DNA of 64,000 nucleotides from Mytilus trossulus (GCF_036588685.1 NC_086375.1:26040001-26104000); one strand, 5' to 3'. Counted from the stretch's first letter, positions 27,731 through 41,585 are shown. Notes: generated from the letters alone by a model not told the origin. Translations and numbers: made by a program.

Positions 27731-29603
27731 AAGGTAAAGGTCAGGATTGAAGAAGATAAATAATCAACACGCATAACTTACACAACTGGACGGGTGGCGG
27801 TATTAACTAGTATTTAACAATTCTGTGTTATGAAAAGATCTTTTTTCTCATTTTAACCAATACAACTACGTTACAACATTAACTAGTATAAGTGCTGATG
27901 CATCATTTGCGCATTTCCCAAATAATGTCCATGAAGTTATGTTCTAAGCACAGGGGCGAATTCAGCCATTTTATAAAGGTGGTTCCCTTGTGGACTGCCA
28001 CAATATATATACGTCCCCATTCACTGAAATGCATTGATCTCGTAAAAAAAGGAGTTATAATTTCCAGAATCCCCAATCCCTTGGATCTGCCACTGAAGCT
28101 TAATTGAGAATCTTGTAAAACGCTCAAGAACTGAAATAAACGGAAGAAGGACATTTTTCAATTACGTATCATCAACCCTTGCAGTTAGTGTTTTGCCCTA
28201 GAAACGATGAAAGATCATATCTTTATTAATTTTTCGTGATCTTGTACTTTTCTTAATCATTAAAATGCTTAGGTTTAAACACCCGTAGGTAAAGTTACCC
28301 TTAACTGTATTTCCTATTCATTTAGATGTCATTGAAAGGTGGTTACAAACACCTTGCCTAAAGTAAATTTGTTTCATTTAATTTTTATTAAATTTTGACC
28401 AAAACAAACTTAAATATAAATTTCCAGTTTACAAAACATTGAATTTCTTATCCCAGGCATAGATTACCTTAGCCGTATTTGGTACAACTTTTTGGAATTT
28501 TGAGCGTCACTGTCTTATGTAGACGAAACGCGCGTCTGGCGTATTAAATTCCATCCTGGTAACTATTTACGTTGACCCTTTGAAAAAATTATTTGAAAAA
28601 CTTTGAAACACACTCTTTCTTTGATAAAAATCATTGAATATTATTATATCATTATATTATTATATCAGTTTATAAACAAACATTTATTTTGATCATTTAG
28701 AAGCCTGATTTTTACGGAGCTCTCCAATCGTTAATTTTACGGACACCATCACGAATATCTGTTTCGCAGACGACGACGGAAAGGTCGCAACCAAATCCCG
28801 TCCTCTTTTCCCCGAATGTGACCTACTAAATTTAACTTATAATCGGTTTGCACCTCCATCAGCAACACGACGGGAACCACAGGTGGAACAGGACATGTTA
28901 CCCGTCCGGAGCAACTAAGTCACCCTGGTTTTTAGTCGGGTTCGTGTTTCTCAAATTTAACTTTTCTTGTTGTGTTTTGTGTACTGTTGTTTGTCTGTAG
29001 GTCTTTTCCTTTTTTGCCATGAAGTTTTCAGTTTATTTACCTTAAAAATTGTTTTTGGCTTTGATAAATACTATTCCAGAAAAAAAACGTTTTCTGAGCA
29101 TTGACAAATAGGTTCTAATTACTGAACACGTCATTAACCTTACTATTGACGAATTGAAACACTCCTACTCACGTGGACGGTACTTCCAGCTTATATTTAT
29201 TGACATCATGGATAGCCATGTGTTCATGGATATTTGGATTTGATTGGTCTATAAATGTTTGATGCTTTAGTTAGTACGGTAATTTGAATGTATCACAGTT
29301 ACATACGATTTTTTTACTTTAATAATCATATTTTCATCAATTATTTCCCGTGTGCCTTTGTCCCATTTCTGTAATGATGTACAGTACTACAATGTATATA
29401 TGCTAGTTGTTTACAGCTTCGGGAATGCAGCATTTCAACCCCAATAGAGTTTCAGTAGCTTAATTTTGTTCATTGAAACATTTATTACCATGCACTTATC
29501 CAATTTGATATACTAGTAAACAAAATCAAAATTCCAATGACGGTTCTTTTGCAACAATGAACATATTGTGCAGTATGGTCATTTAAAAACATAACTGCTC
29601 TTA

Positions 29604-29862
29604 GGGACGACATCAAAAGTTCAATGTAGGATAAAAAAAACTTAATTCAGATAGTTTTTTTACTGACCCCCCTACCCCCCCCCCCCCCCCTCATAACTTA
29701 ATTTGGGGGAAAATGATTGACCCACATGGATATATGTAAAATCGATGTAGGATAAACAAAGCTTGCAGCAAGTTTAACCCCCCCCCCCCCCCCCCTCCCC
29801 CCCACCCCCAAACTATTTGAATTAAGTTTTTGTATCCTTCATTGATCTTTTGATGTCGTCCC
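29604..29862. mobile_element. PIF/Harbinger-like MITE with two poly-C tracts
   Basis: tta|gggacgacatcaaaag...cttttgatgtcgtccc|tta (TTA TSD, TIR of at least 16 bp). Confidence 0.75.
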
Positions 29863-30000
29863 TTACTGACGTCAATGTAATCAATTTTGTTAAAACTTTT
29901 CTTGAAAACGCCATCATTTCTCATTATGTTTAGAACATAACTGATAAACAAAAACATATAGTTAAAAAATAAGATTTCCCTATGATGTCATAGGTATTGC

Positions 30001-30094
30001 CACAGGCACTTGTCTCAAAAAATTTTTTCTATATACCTTAATATGTGTTATATTAAGGTATATAGGAATTTTTTTTTTGAGACAAGTGCCTGTG
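30001..30094. mobile_element. 94-bp hairpin MITE with an 8-bp TSD (hAT- or P-like)
   Basis: ggtattgc|cacaggcacttgtctc...gagacaagtgcctgtg|ggtattgc. Confidence 0.85.
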
Positions 30095-30455
30095 GGTATT
30101 GCATGTCGTCTACTGTTTCAAAATTTTCTAGTTTACTGACTTTTTCTGGCTTTGCCCTTCGAAATATTTATACGCAGTTTCAGTAAACCTCGAATGATTT
30201 TTTTGTGAATTGATTGTTGATGTAATCAACTATTAGTTAATGTAATAACATCAACAGAAAGCACAACTTGTTATACCGTATACATAGAAACTCTTTTTTT
30301 TAAATGAAAACAAAATCTAATATCAAGCTGAATAATTTATAATATACATTAATTTAGAGTTAAATACAATAATGAAGAAACATCAACCCAAAAAGTATTG
30401 ATAACAATACAGGGGTATCGTTCCAGTCATAACCAGTTGAAGGGGTCAATTTATT

Positions 30456-32804
30456 TTAAACTTTAAAAGAATGCACACTATATCCGTTAGAGAACATGAA
30501 ACGAAGAATAAAAAGTACGAGTATAAAGATTATAAATCTTTTCAACCATTTGATCCATCCGTCATATAATCCTTCTAGTTCTCCGGCTCCAGATTGCCTT
30601 GTTTTCATTGGATAGTATGTATTCTCCTGAACATTCTCGATTGCCTTTCGCGCTCCGTCCCATTTTCCTGGACCATCCAGTCTCCATTGTGGTGGTGTAG
30701 CAGGTCCGAAGTACAATTTATACCAAAGCTTTGGATCTGTGAAAAAGTGCTTTAGAAGGTTTGGTTTGCAACCTATTTTCGATGAGATAGTATCTAAGTA
30801 GGCAATGAAATATACCTGAAGACTATACCGTGGTGAATCGACATACTTCTTCTTCAAAAACTGTCGCCTTTCCTCAACAACTCTACGACGTTCAGATGGG
30901 CTTGGTAAACTGCATTTACCCGAGAACACCATACTCGCCCAGCGCGCTTGAATTTCTAGAATTGGCGCGAGACTGCCAAATGGTTGAACAAGACCAACTA
31001 CTGCTAAAGTGCTCGGCTCCATGTCTACAGGAAATACAAGTTCATATAAGTACGAAAAATGGTTATCTACTTCAATGACGGAATTATCTAAGAAAGGAAA
31101 GCTGTATGTAAATCCGGTTGCCAAGACAACGACATCGATATTTTCAACCATAGAACCATCATCGAAAATGACTCCGTTCTCTGTGAACTTCTCCACGTTC
31201 GACTTGATGCTGATAGCGCCATACAATATACGGTTTGGTAAATCATCGCTAACCGTGACAACTCCGCCATCAAACCGGAAGTTCGGAGCCAGTCCATAGT
31301 TTGAATGTTTGTATTTGTAGTTGATTTTGTTGTAATGGATAGGTCTCATGATATCCCATGGTAAACTCTGGCTATATCTGTTTAATGCTATGTGATCAAA
31401 CGGAACGCCGTACTCGCCAGCTCTTTGCTGAATGTAAGAACCCCTTCTGGTGCTGACATAAACCTTGAAAAAAACCCAATATAAATCAATTATATAGTTA
31501 TAAACAAACAGAAAAATATACATTTTTTTTCATTTCATTTTAAAATTGATAAGATTTCAATTATTTTCACATTGCTTTTTAAAAACATGTTATGCGTCAT
31601 GAAATGAATTGTTCGTTCTTTTTACTTTTTGTGGTGTGCTGAATATTGAATATAACGTGTGAAATTTACCTCTAAATTGAACACCTTTTTTTTTAGCAGC
31701 ATAAGATATGCTGTGCCAAGAAAATATTTGTGTTGGGGGTACTTGTTAGCCTCTTTGTACCAATTAAAGTTAAACGTAAAAGAGCAAAGATTCGTAGAGG
31801 TGTAGAGACTACTTATTCTGTTTGTTTTTTTCAAAGAAACCCTGCAATATGTCTGGCTTTTAAAGTAGATAAGCTTTATTTACCAAATTTGTTATTCTAT
31901 ATTTTGTCTAAATTTCTGTTCGTTTTTACTCGCACTCGCCGAGGAACAATATTCGAGCGCGAAGCCATGTGTTCCACATCACTTTCTTTATATGTATTTC
32001 CTGTTAAAACCATTTCCTACACCCTACCTATCCTGATGCCCGACACTACGTTCCAGGTATTAGCTAAAAGCCATACTCTCTCTTATATTGGTATATGGGT
32101 AACATACTGAATATTGCGATCGGGAACCAGTCTACACCCTACCATAAGATATTCTACCATTAAAGAAACTATAATAAATGAAAACTAACGTGTTCAGCAT
32201 GTCTACTTAGTTCACATGCAACGTCTGCTCCAGAATTCCCAATACCAACAACCAGTATGCGTTTGTCTTCGTATCCATGGAAAGTCTTGTAGTCACGTGT
32301 ATGCATCACTTTACCTTTGAACCTGTTCAAGCCGGGAAATGTTGGTTTGTTTGGTTCGTGCAAATGTCCATTGCATACCATTACAAAGTCAAATAGTTCT
32401 GTAGAGTTCTTTCCGGATTTCGTGTTCTGTGTTCGGACTTTCCATCTGTTGTCGTCACTTTTCTCGATTTTTTCTACTAATGTTTGAAATCTTATACAGC
32501 TCATCAGATCAAAATGATCAGCATAGAGGTTTAAATACTTCTTAAAATGTTTATGATCCATAAAATTTGGGAATTCTTTAGGGATAGGAAAATCGCTATA
32601 ACATGAAATTTCTTTGCTGGTGTTGATACTGCAAGAATTGTATAAACTTGTGTCGCCCTCTTTCGTTGTTGTATGATAGTTCCATAGACCTCCAATGTCA
32701 GTATCTTTCTCGTAGCAGACGACATCAAAACCTTCCTCCAAACTATTTTTTATTGACGTAAGGCCTGCTACCCCTGCGCCTACTACACATACCCGTTTTG
32801 TCAT
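30456..32804 (-). CDS. Flavin-containing monooxygenase (class B, FMO5-like), copy 2, 2 coding exons, 540 aa
   Basis: Exons 32804-32190 (cag|ATG...GAACAC|gttagt) and 31463-30456 (aag|GTT...TAA). Motifs: GAGVAG, FKGKVMHTRDY, GIGNSG, VLATGF, C-terminal TM segment FIIFILVLFILRFMF. Intron position matches copy 1. Confidence 0.95.
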
Positions 32805-33437
32805 CTGAAAGAAGGATAATAAATGATTTAAAAAACCCAAACACAATATGTGTTTGTATTCTGGTGTTTTAATATGCGTTTAGGAATCTTTTTTATGTGG
32901 TGACTACACGTTTTAAGTTAATGTTGGGGTATTTGTACAGGTATTGAAACATAAGAAGCATTCTCCAAACAGCATTTATCGTGACCACCTAAAATTCGGT
33001 ATTTATGTTATTATGTTTAGTGTTGAGTGTGTATGGTGTGTTTTTTTGTCGGCTTTTTTATGTTTTAAAACCGAAAACAAAAAATAAATATACCTAAACT
33101 TTTAAGAATTAAGAAATTAGGATTTTAAGAGTTCATTTAAACTTTAAAAGGTTATTTTAACCGTCAGTATAAACAAACTCTTTCGATACTCTTTTATTTA
33201 GATATGAGATATTATCAGATTATTACATGGCATTTTTCATATCGCATGTATTATCAGCCCTTAGTTCAATATCAGCCCAAGAGCCGCATGGCTCGAGGGC
33301 TGATATTGACCGAGGGCTGATAATATATGCGATATGAAAAATGACATGTTATGATCTTTTTATCATATGCTTCAACAATGGAGTAAAAAAGCTGATTCGT
33401 ATATTGATCCTTGTACGTGGTTCTGTAATAGAAGTTC

Positions 33438-33630
33438 CTGAGGGAAAGAGAAAAGTTGGACGTCCCAAAACCACCTGGAGACGGACTGTAGAGACTGAAA
33501 GAACATCACTTGGATGGAACAGCTGGGCTACAGCAAGAACAGCAGCTAAAGACCGTGTTAAATGGAAAGAATGTATCAGGGCCTTAAATGCCGACCGGCA
33601 TGAAGAGGATAGGTGAGGTGAGGTGTGAGG
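33438..33630 (+). mobile_element. 5'-truncated RTE-clade LINE with TSD
   Basis: PEGKRKVGRPKTTW...AKDRVKW...L is an RTE-type ORF C-terminus. It has a (TGAGG)n tail and is flanked by direct repeats taatagaagttc (33426-33437, 33631-33642). Confidence 0.85.
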
Positions 33631-34883
33631 TAATAGAAGTTCAAAGATTGAAAAGTTCACGGACCTCGGACCCCAAATTTAGTACATTCGATATGAAATT
33701 TTTCTATCATTTGCCTCAACAGAGAAGAAACACATTTTAATATGGACGAATCGACAAAAACAAACGAAAATTAACAATACACATAATGAAGACTGTTTGG
33801 CAACTTTTTAAAGTAACTTTCTAAATTATGTTTGAAACTTTTAAACAATGCATTTATTTAATAATTTGTTTGTTGTTTTTTTTGTTTGTTTTTTTTTTAA
33901 TTATTTCACAAAATATACTTTACATCATCCAAATGATTGTTTTGTACACTACTTTGTAATGGTTTTTATTGAAAACGTAGCATTGAGGTGTATTTTCTGG
34001 AATTTGCCGAGTATCACCGAAATGCCATGTGATAACCTTACGGAAAGGCATGTGATAACAATCGAAGCATGTGATAAACTTTTCATATCAGCCCGCTAAG
34101 GACTAATTCGAAAAATATTTAATGGTATTATCATACAGTAAAAATAATATGTTATTTAGTCTAAGTATATGATAATATAATATATTACAGGAAATTAATT
34201 TACTTCTCATTTATATAAAATTAGCTTTTAAAAGTAAACATATAAATAAAAAAGAATATGACCAATACAGACTTCGTAAATTAAAGTCAATTAAAATATA
34301 ATTGAATTCGAAAGTTAGTTTTCTCTGTTTGTTTTGTTGTTCTTCGATCTAATGCGTAAGTCTATCTATACGACAGAATATGAACTTTAATCTTTTATAC
34401 ATCAGAAGCTGTATTGCATTTTGAGCCTGTCCTAGGTGTAGTCAGGGTTAGGGGTTAGGTTATAGACATTCACAATTTTATAGGAGTAGAATATTTAGAT
34501 TGGCATGTTGTAGTTATGTTTTCTTTCGTGGTCCTGATTTTACAATAAATATGACCATGCTCAATATTTCTAGTTATTAAAAGACATTTAAAATGGTTAA
34601 AATGTTTGTAGTATCAGGCGAAAATTATTATATGGAGATGGCACATCATCAATTCAACCGACCAGCATCAATAATAGGATGCCTACTTTGACAAAACGTT
34701 TTACTTTTGAAGTTTGTATTTACACTCAAAAGAAAACTTACTAAATATTTGCATATACGAACTTTTTGTTGAAAGTTCAAATATATTTGGACTAATTTGT
34801 ACATGCAATTTTATTCGGCCAATATTTTGCATCTAGATATCATTGAAGATTGCGCTTCAAAGTATTCCCATTAATGTGTTTAA

Positions 34884-35438
34884 GGGGGCTCCTGGGTATA
34901 AATGATTTTTTTTTTCTAATATAGGATTTCGCTATATTTTTTCATAAATGAACTTTATCCTATACTTAAAAGAAAAATGAAATAAGAAAATGGGGTCACC
35001 GTTCATTTAAGCTAAAATCTGCCTTTGGAAGAAGCATACATTTTTGTTAATGTCCTTTTTTTCTGTTGAACTAATAGGAGAAAAAGAGGAAATATCGAAA
35101 TAAAAAAATAACCTTATATAAGAAATCGCTTAAATTTTACAATTATTTAGTTTATGTACAGCTTATTTGAAAACAATAATAAAAAATGTAGGTCACCGAT
35201 GAGTTAAAAAAGATATTTAAAATTTAAGGCCAAAAAAATGGCATTTTTGCTCCAAAGGGAGATAATTTGGAGCTTTTTTTCAATTTTTAAAGTCATCTGG
35301 GGCCAAACCAAATCATTTTTTTGGGGTTGTTTTTTGTACCATATCATAAAGTAACAACTAATAGTGTAATAAATAAAATTTGTAATGAAAAAATAAAGGT
35401 TTATTTTTTTGCTAAAATTTTTGTACCCACGAGCCACC
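34884..35438. mobile_element. Non-autonomous Kolobok-like element (sister of 20358-20978)
   Basis: ttaa|gggggctcc...cgagccacc|ttaa. Internal sequence is colinear with 20358-20978. Confidence 0.75.
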
Positions 35439-36186
35439 TTAAGTGATATATTTGTAGTATAGGTGACTGACGGAAGATCATATTTCGCACATTGGTTGTA
35501 GATTGGCATATTGAGAGGTTTCATGGTATATTTTTTTGATGTATAGCCCTGTCAATTCTCGCGAGGATATTGCTTTGGCGAATTTCTCACCTCGGTTTTA
35601 TATTGGTTGATTGATTGATTAATTGAATTATTGGTGATTGCTATACGCCGCATCGGCAGAAAAAGCTTCTTTCAAGAACAAAAATGACGAACCTTTCTTA
35701 AAATTCTATGCGACTATCATACAAGTGAATGTTTAATAGCTATCAGGTTTAACCACCATTTATTTGAATAAGGAATGCCTGTTACAAGTCAGGAAAGTCA
35801 GTTCTTTTCCATTCATTTATTGTGTTTGAGCTTATTCTTATGTCATTGAATTTTGATTTAGGACTTTCAGTTTTGAATTTTCCCTAAAATTCGTTGTTTT
35901 TGCTATTTAATTATTGGCCTATTGACGAAACGACTATTCTCGGCATACATCGGCGTACAGATATTGACTCATACAGAAATAACTTTTTTCAGTACATTTA
36001 TCTTTTTATTTTATTTTGCTAATTTCAATTTTCTGTTAATACTGCGTCATTGAGTTCTTAGTTTACGTTTAATTTGGAACTTCAATGTTCTGTTCTTTTA
36101 AGATTCGTGTGTGTTTTTTCTAGATATCATATACAAAAACAAAAAAAGGTATTGTGTTAAATCCTTGCAAATTTAAATACTGTTTA

Positions 36187-37005
36187 AGCTCCGGTCACAA
36201 CAGATCGTACGATTTTTTTTGTCGTGGAAGATCTATAAAATAGATGTCGTAGCACTGTCGTGCAAAATGTTAAAAAATATTTCGAGTGGTCACATCAGCT
36301 ACGAAATATCAACGATGTTTCCACGATGGGTACTAGACAGAAATAAATTGTAAGTGTTCTGTCGTGGGTTTATCGCATGTCGGTCGTGTGACAGTCGTGC
36401 GATAATCGTACGACAATCGTGAGTAGTTTGGAGCTATTTTTCAGGTTTTCATGTCATTGATTGCTCGTGTTCTGATGGAATAGACATCATGTTTAAACGA
36501 TAAACGGTATTTTTTTCCAAACATTCATTCTAACCAAACGTATTCTAAATAAAACGAAAATATGTTGCACGACGAACGTACCACTGTCGTACGACGGACA
36601 ATCAATGTTGTGCGAGCATCGTAAGAAATTTGGTGTTTGTGAGACAATCGTTCGACTGTATCACGAGTGTCTTCAGACAGTCGTGAGATTGTCGTACGAC
36701 AGTCGTGTGACGATTGTTTGATTAAAAGGATTTGTGTTGATACCCACGACAATGTGTTTATCGCACGACAGTTGCACGATGATTGTAAGACACTTTCTTG
36801 ACAGCCACAAGACTGTGACACGACAAACAAAATCGTAGAGCAAAAAAGGTGCATATCCAGTTTTTTTCCCACGACACACGACAACGCCACGATGCTCAAA
36901 ATATCGTGCGATTGTCGTACGACGACCACAGATGACCCGCGATTTGATCAAAGTCCGTGTCGTGTCGCTGCATAGATGTGTCGTGTGTTCGTTGTGACCA
37001 GGGCT
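36187..37005. mobile_element. Non-autonomous PIF/Harbinger-like element with many (T)GTCGT/ACGAC subterminal motifs
   Basis: tta|agctccggtcacaac...gttgtgaccagggct|tta. Confidence 0.75.
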
Positions 37006-37213
37006 TTAACAGATCTTTTACCGTTGATCTTTATTTTATGAGATTGCAATGTAAGAATTTTTGACAACAGGAAAACCATAAAAAACACATCCAAAGCTTT
37101 TGGATGATATACTATAGTTTAGCGGTATATAAGGTGGGTTCATTATAGTGTAGATTCCTGAAAAATACCATTTTCTGAAAAGGGAGACAATTTGAACTGA
37201 ACATAACTGGACT

Positions 37214-37294
37214 ACATACCTTGTACTTCTCGTCTGTATGTGAATCTCGTCTCTATGTATTTACAGCCATCTGTATGTTCTCAACAAGTTTATA
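37214..37294 (-). promoter_or_regulatory. Putative TATA box, non-coding exon 1 and donor of FMO copy 2
   Basis: Minus strand shows TATAAA at 37294-37289 and a donor AAG|GTATGT at 37219-37214. The ATG at 32804 directly follows an acceptor. Confidence 0.4.
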
Positions 37295-38319
37295 ACGATT
37301 TTGATAAGATGTTTCATAAGTTAACTGATTAACGTATGAATTATTACGTCAGATATAGTAAGGGGTGCCTGATCTGGAGAAATGGTAGGAGTTTACAATT
37401 GATAATGTGGTGAAAGAGATTTGGACACATCCATTGGGGAACTAACACCGTTACACGGGTTTCGGAGATTATAATATTTGATTATTTAGTCTTCATTTTA
37501 AGTCGGCCATGATGCTTTTCTGCTCTGTTAGGGGTTCATTTCTGTAAGATCTATTATAAAAGAAATAGTGGAATCAAAAAATTATTTAGTTGAGTGCCCA
37601 AAGATTATGACCAGATATATATACATTTAGTCTTCATGATTATACTGAAATATGAATTACCCAAATTATTTATAATAAGAAGGAATAAATGGAATGGTAT
37701 GTAAAAATTAGAAAACGATTATAAAATAAAACTAGATTTGCCATTGCAAGCAATAACGGATGGCACCCTTCTCCCATTGCCAGACAAATTTGGTTCAATT
37801 TTGTCATAATATGTCAAGGAACATCGCTGAGCAATTATTCACTTGCAAGTGAATAATTCGACCTAATTGCATCCGTATTTATGTGACCTTTAATTTCACC
37901 TATTAGCTAAAGATTGGTTAGGCATGTATTTGTCGTATTAGTATTTAAAAACTTCTCGTTGGCTGTCTAAATCTTTACATACAATCACATTTGGTTTAGA
38001 CAACGTATACAGACACTGAAGTTAATATTTACCAAAACACTATGGAGGTACGAGATTTTTTAGCATTGTGTGATGTGTTAATTAATATATAAACACAAGA
38101 CCAAACCTGGCCTGATAGGGTTAGACCATTGGTTTTTCTGTTTGAATGTTTTTACACTGGTCATTTTGGGGGCCCTTTATAGCTTGCAGTTCGGTGTGAG
38201 CTAAGGCTCCGTTTGAAGACCGTACTTTGACCTATAATGATTTTCTTTTACAAATTGTGACTTGGATGGAGAGTTGTCTCATTGGTACTCATACCACATT
38301 TTCTTATATCTATTTAACA

Positions 38320-38880
38320 GTGGATGAAGACATAAGTGTGCTGGAGTTTCTTTTTGGGGGTAGACTTTTTCAACAAATTGTCAAACTATGTGCCTCTCCT
38401 TGTCGACCTCTTCTTATTTAAGCATGAGTTGGAGCTCCTCCAAACACTGATCAAAATCAAGAATATCATAGAAGCCCGATATTTAAGATTCACATTCAGT
38501 TAAGTTGAGGATGTTCTTTCAAAAACTTATCTGATTGTGTTCCATTATTATATCCTCCAGAACTATAAATTAAAGAAACAACAGAAACGGCTCCCTCCGT
38601 CTCATATTTAGACTTATAACTCGAATTTGTCATAAGTGACTATCTCAGTACCAAAATCTATGACGATTTTAATAATGAAAATTATGAATCCTCCCTTAGC
38701 AAAAAAAATCCAACTCAACCTGCATATGGCCTAAACCTTTCCCCAACTCATTCGGTATTCAAAAGCTTGCAGCTGCTACTCAGACTTATTAAAACATCAC
38801 CAGTGTCTGAACAGATTCTGAAGATTAACTGTGACGAACCAAGTTTATGACAAAGAACGTTTCGACCTTTTTCTAAAAAT
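38320..38880 (+). pseudogene. Degenerate reverse-transcriptase fragment (PLE-type, related to 16857-17631)
   Basis: Remnants FGGRLFQQIV, ETTETAPSVSYLDL and ..QLIRYSKAC, broken by frameshifts. Confidence 0.5.
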
Positions 38881-40521
38881 GGTGGTCATGAAGTATTGAT
38901 TATAGGTACTGACGTGGTTTATTATCATAATCACATTAACGTGCTCTTTTCATTTGTTCTTATACATATTTAATTGGAATAAATGTTTGGCCTTGGCTAG
39001 GTATTTATACAGCCATTGTGTTATTACTAAGGTCATTTTTTTTCGTATTCTTGGCTTTCATGCTTATGGACTTTTTCAATAGAGTGTCAATATACTATTT
39101 TTAAATATGTATTTGTTTTATTGTGTTTAAGATCATAACACATAGTTGACTGCTGTACCACACATTTGGTTTGCTTTGTTTTCACGTTGCCTTGTCAATA
39201 TAATTGGGTACATATATCAAATGCAAAATGTCATACAATTGAGAGGTTAAGCTAGCTTTAAAATCAGGTTTAGTCTACAATTTTCGATAAAAAGAAATGC
39301 CTGTAACAAGTCAGGAATATGGCAGTTGTTTTCAAGTCGTTTGATGTGTTTGAGTTTTTGATTTTTTGCCATTTTGATAAATGACTTTCTGTTTTGAAGT
39401 TTCCTTTAAGTTCGTTTTTAAAAAAAAAAAATTACTTTATATTAATTTTTGTTTTTATGACATCAAATTTTTTTTTTTGGGGGGGGATGTTATGTGTACT
39501 GTAAAAAAATGTCTAGAAATTGGCAGCATAGATTCTCACAAAAAATAATATTTGTATCATCAGGTATGGAACGCCATAGCTGTCTTATGTGTCTTTTTTA
39601 TTGCTTTTCTATTATAAGATGGTGCTTTTCTATTATAAGATGGTGGTTTTCTATTATAAGATGGTGCTTTTCTATTATAAGATGGTGGTTTTCTATTATA
39701 AGATGGTGGTTTTCTATTATAAGATGGTGGTTTTCTATTATAAGATGATGGTTTTCTATTATAAGATGGTGCTTTTCTATTATAAGATGGTGGTTTTCTA
39801 TTATAAGATGGTAGTTTTCTATTATAAGGTGCTTTTTTATTATAAGGTGCTTTTCTATTATAAGGTGCTTTTCTATTATAAGGTGCTTTTTTATTATAAG
39901 GTGCTTTTCTATTATAAGGTGCTTTTCTATTATAAGGTGCTTTATAAGGTGCTTTTCTATTATAAGGAGCTTTTCTATTATAAGGTGCTTTTCTATTATA
40001 AGGTGCTTTTTTATTATGTGATGGTGTTTCCCGTGATTAACCGGGAGTGTGGGGAAGCACTAATGACAGGACGATTGCCCGGATAGTGACAGGACGGTTG
40101 ACCGGACGAGATATAAATAGTCATAACTTTTTTGTTATTCGGTAGATTGGTTTAATATTTGTAGACCTTAAAGATATTAAAATATATTTTATGAAAATAA
40201 AAGAAAATAAGTGAAAACAAATATTTTTGAGCAAATAAAGTTAACCGGACGGTATTCACACTCTTCGTTATACGCTGTACATATATTCAACTTGTTCAAT
40301 TCAATTTAAAATATTTTATTGTTCATATCAAATGTACATTTAAACAAAGGGATTGGACAAAAGGCAGTGCCTATACAAATCCTTTCCCATACAAGACGAA
40401 TTGAATAACATGCATGCTAGTATATAATTTTCTGGTAAGTTAATAGATCATACGTTGTTGCAGTGAGTCAGGGAGGCAGTTCCTCCACTTCTTGAAGTAT
40501 TTTTTGTGTATACATTATATA

Positions 40522-41196
40522 TGTTCCGGACCATATGAGTATTTGGACCATACGCGTATGGTCATGACCATATGGGTATATACTCATATGGTCCGACCAT
40601 ACGCATATGGTCCGACCGTACGCGTATGGTCGGGGTAATTAATACTCTGTTACAGTTTACTTTTAATATTTCTAAACTCTTCATATGGTCTGGCGTTTCT
40701 TTAAAAAGACGCTATCATACAGTTAATTTTATCTTTATATTATAGTAAAAAGGTTAGCTAAATAAAAGTTACAAGTTTCACAGCTAATATTACTTACTTG
40801 TTAAAACTATAATAATCACAATTTATACCGATTTATATCAATGTGGAAGTAAATGTCACCTCAAGCCTACATGCAAGAATGTAATTAGCGATGAAAACTT
40901 ACTATGGCATAAATATTTTTTTTTACGTAGTATTTGAATTATAAAAATAATACATTGTTTTTTAGATAAAGTTTTTGTATTATTGAAACTTTTATAATGT
41001 GAGTTACAAAAAAAAATACCTGTATGGTCCAAATACTCATATGGTCCGGCCCGTTAATAACCAAACGAGTATTATACTCATATGGTCCGACCATACGCGT
41101 ACGGTCGGACCATACGCGTATGGTCGGACCATATGAGTATACGCATTTGGTCATGACCATACGCGTATGGTCCAAATACTTATATGGTCCGGAACA
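40522..41196. mobile_element. Nested MITE with TGT...ACA termini and TATA TSD (Ginger-like), about 110-bp repetitive TIRs
   Basis: tata|tgttccggaccatatgag...tatatggtccggaaca|tata. The TIRs are built of CCATA/TATGG, CATATG and ACGCGT palindromes. Confidence 0.75.
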
Positions 41197-41585
41197 TATA
41201 TAAATAACTATGTTAACAAAGTTAAAGCAAGACCTACTGAAGGTGATGTCGAATTTTATACCAAAATAATAAGTGTTGGTTAGGAATCAAGTAGATCATA
41301 AAGTGATTTTTACTCAAATTCACAAGCTCACTGCAACAAAGTTGTTCTATTTATATGAATAAAAAGAATTCATTGGCCCTTTTTTGCAATACATAAATAA
41401 TTTAGTGTACCATCTTATTACACGACTATTATTTTCTTGATTTTTGAAAATATAATTACTAATACAAAAAATAAAATAAAATAAATATAAATTTATTTGC
41501 AAAAAGATTCTAAACACAATTGGTTGTTTTTTGTGTTAAAAGTTAGGTTTGTCTTAAATTAAGACTAAAGAGTGGTACACTGTGG

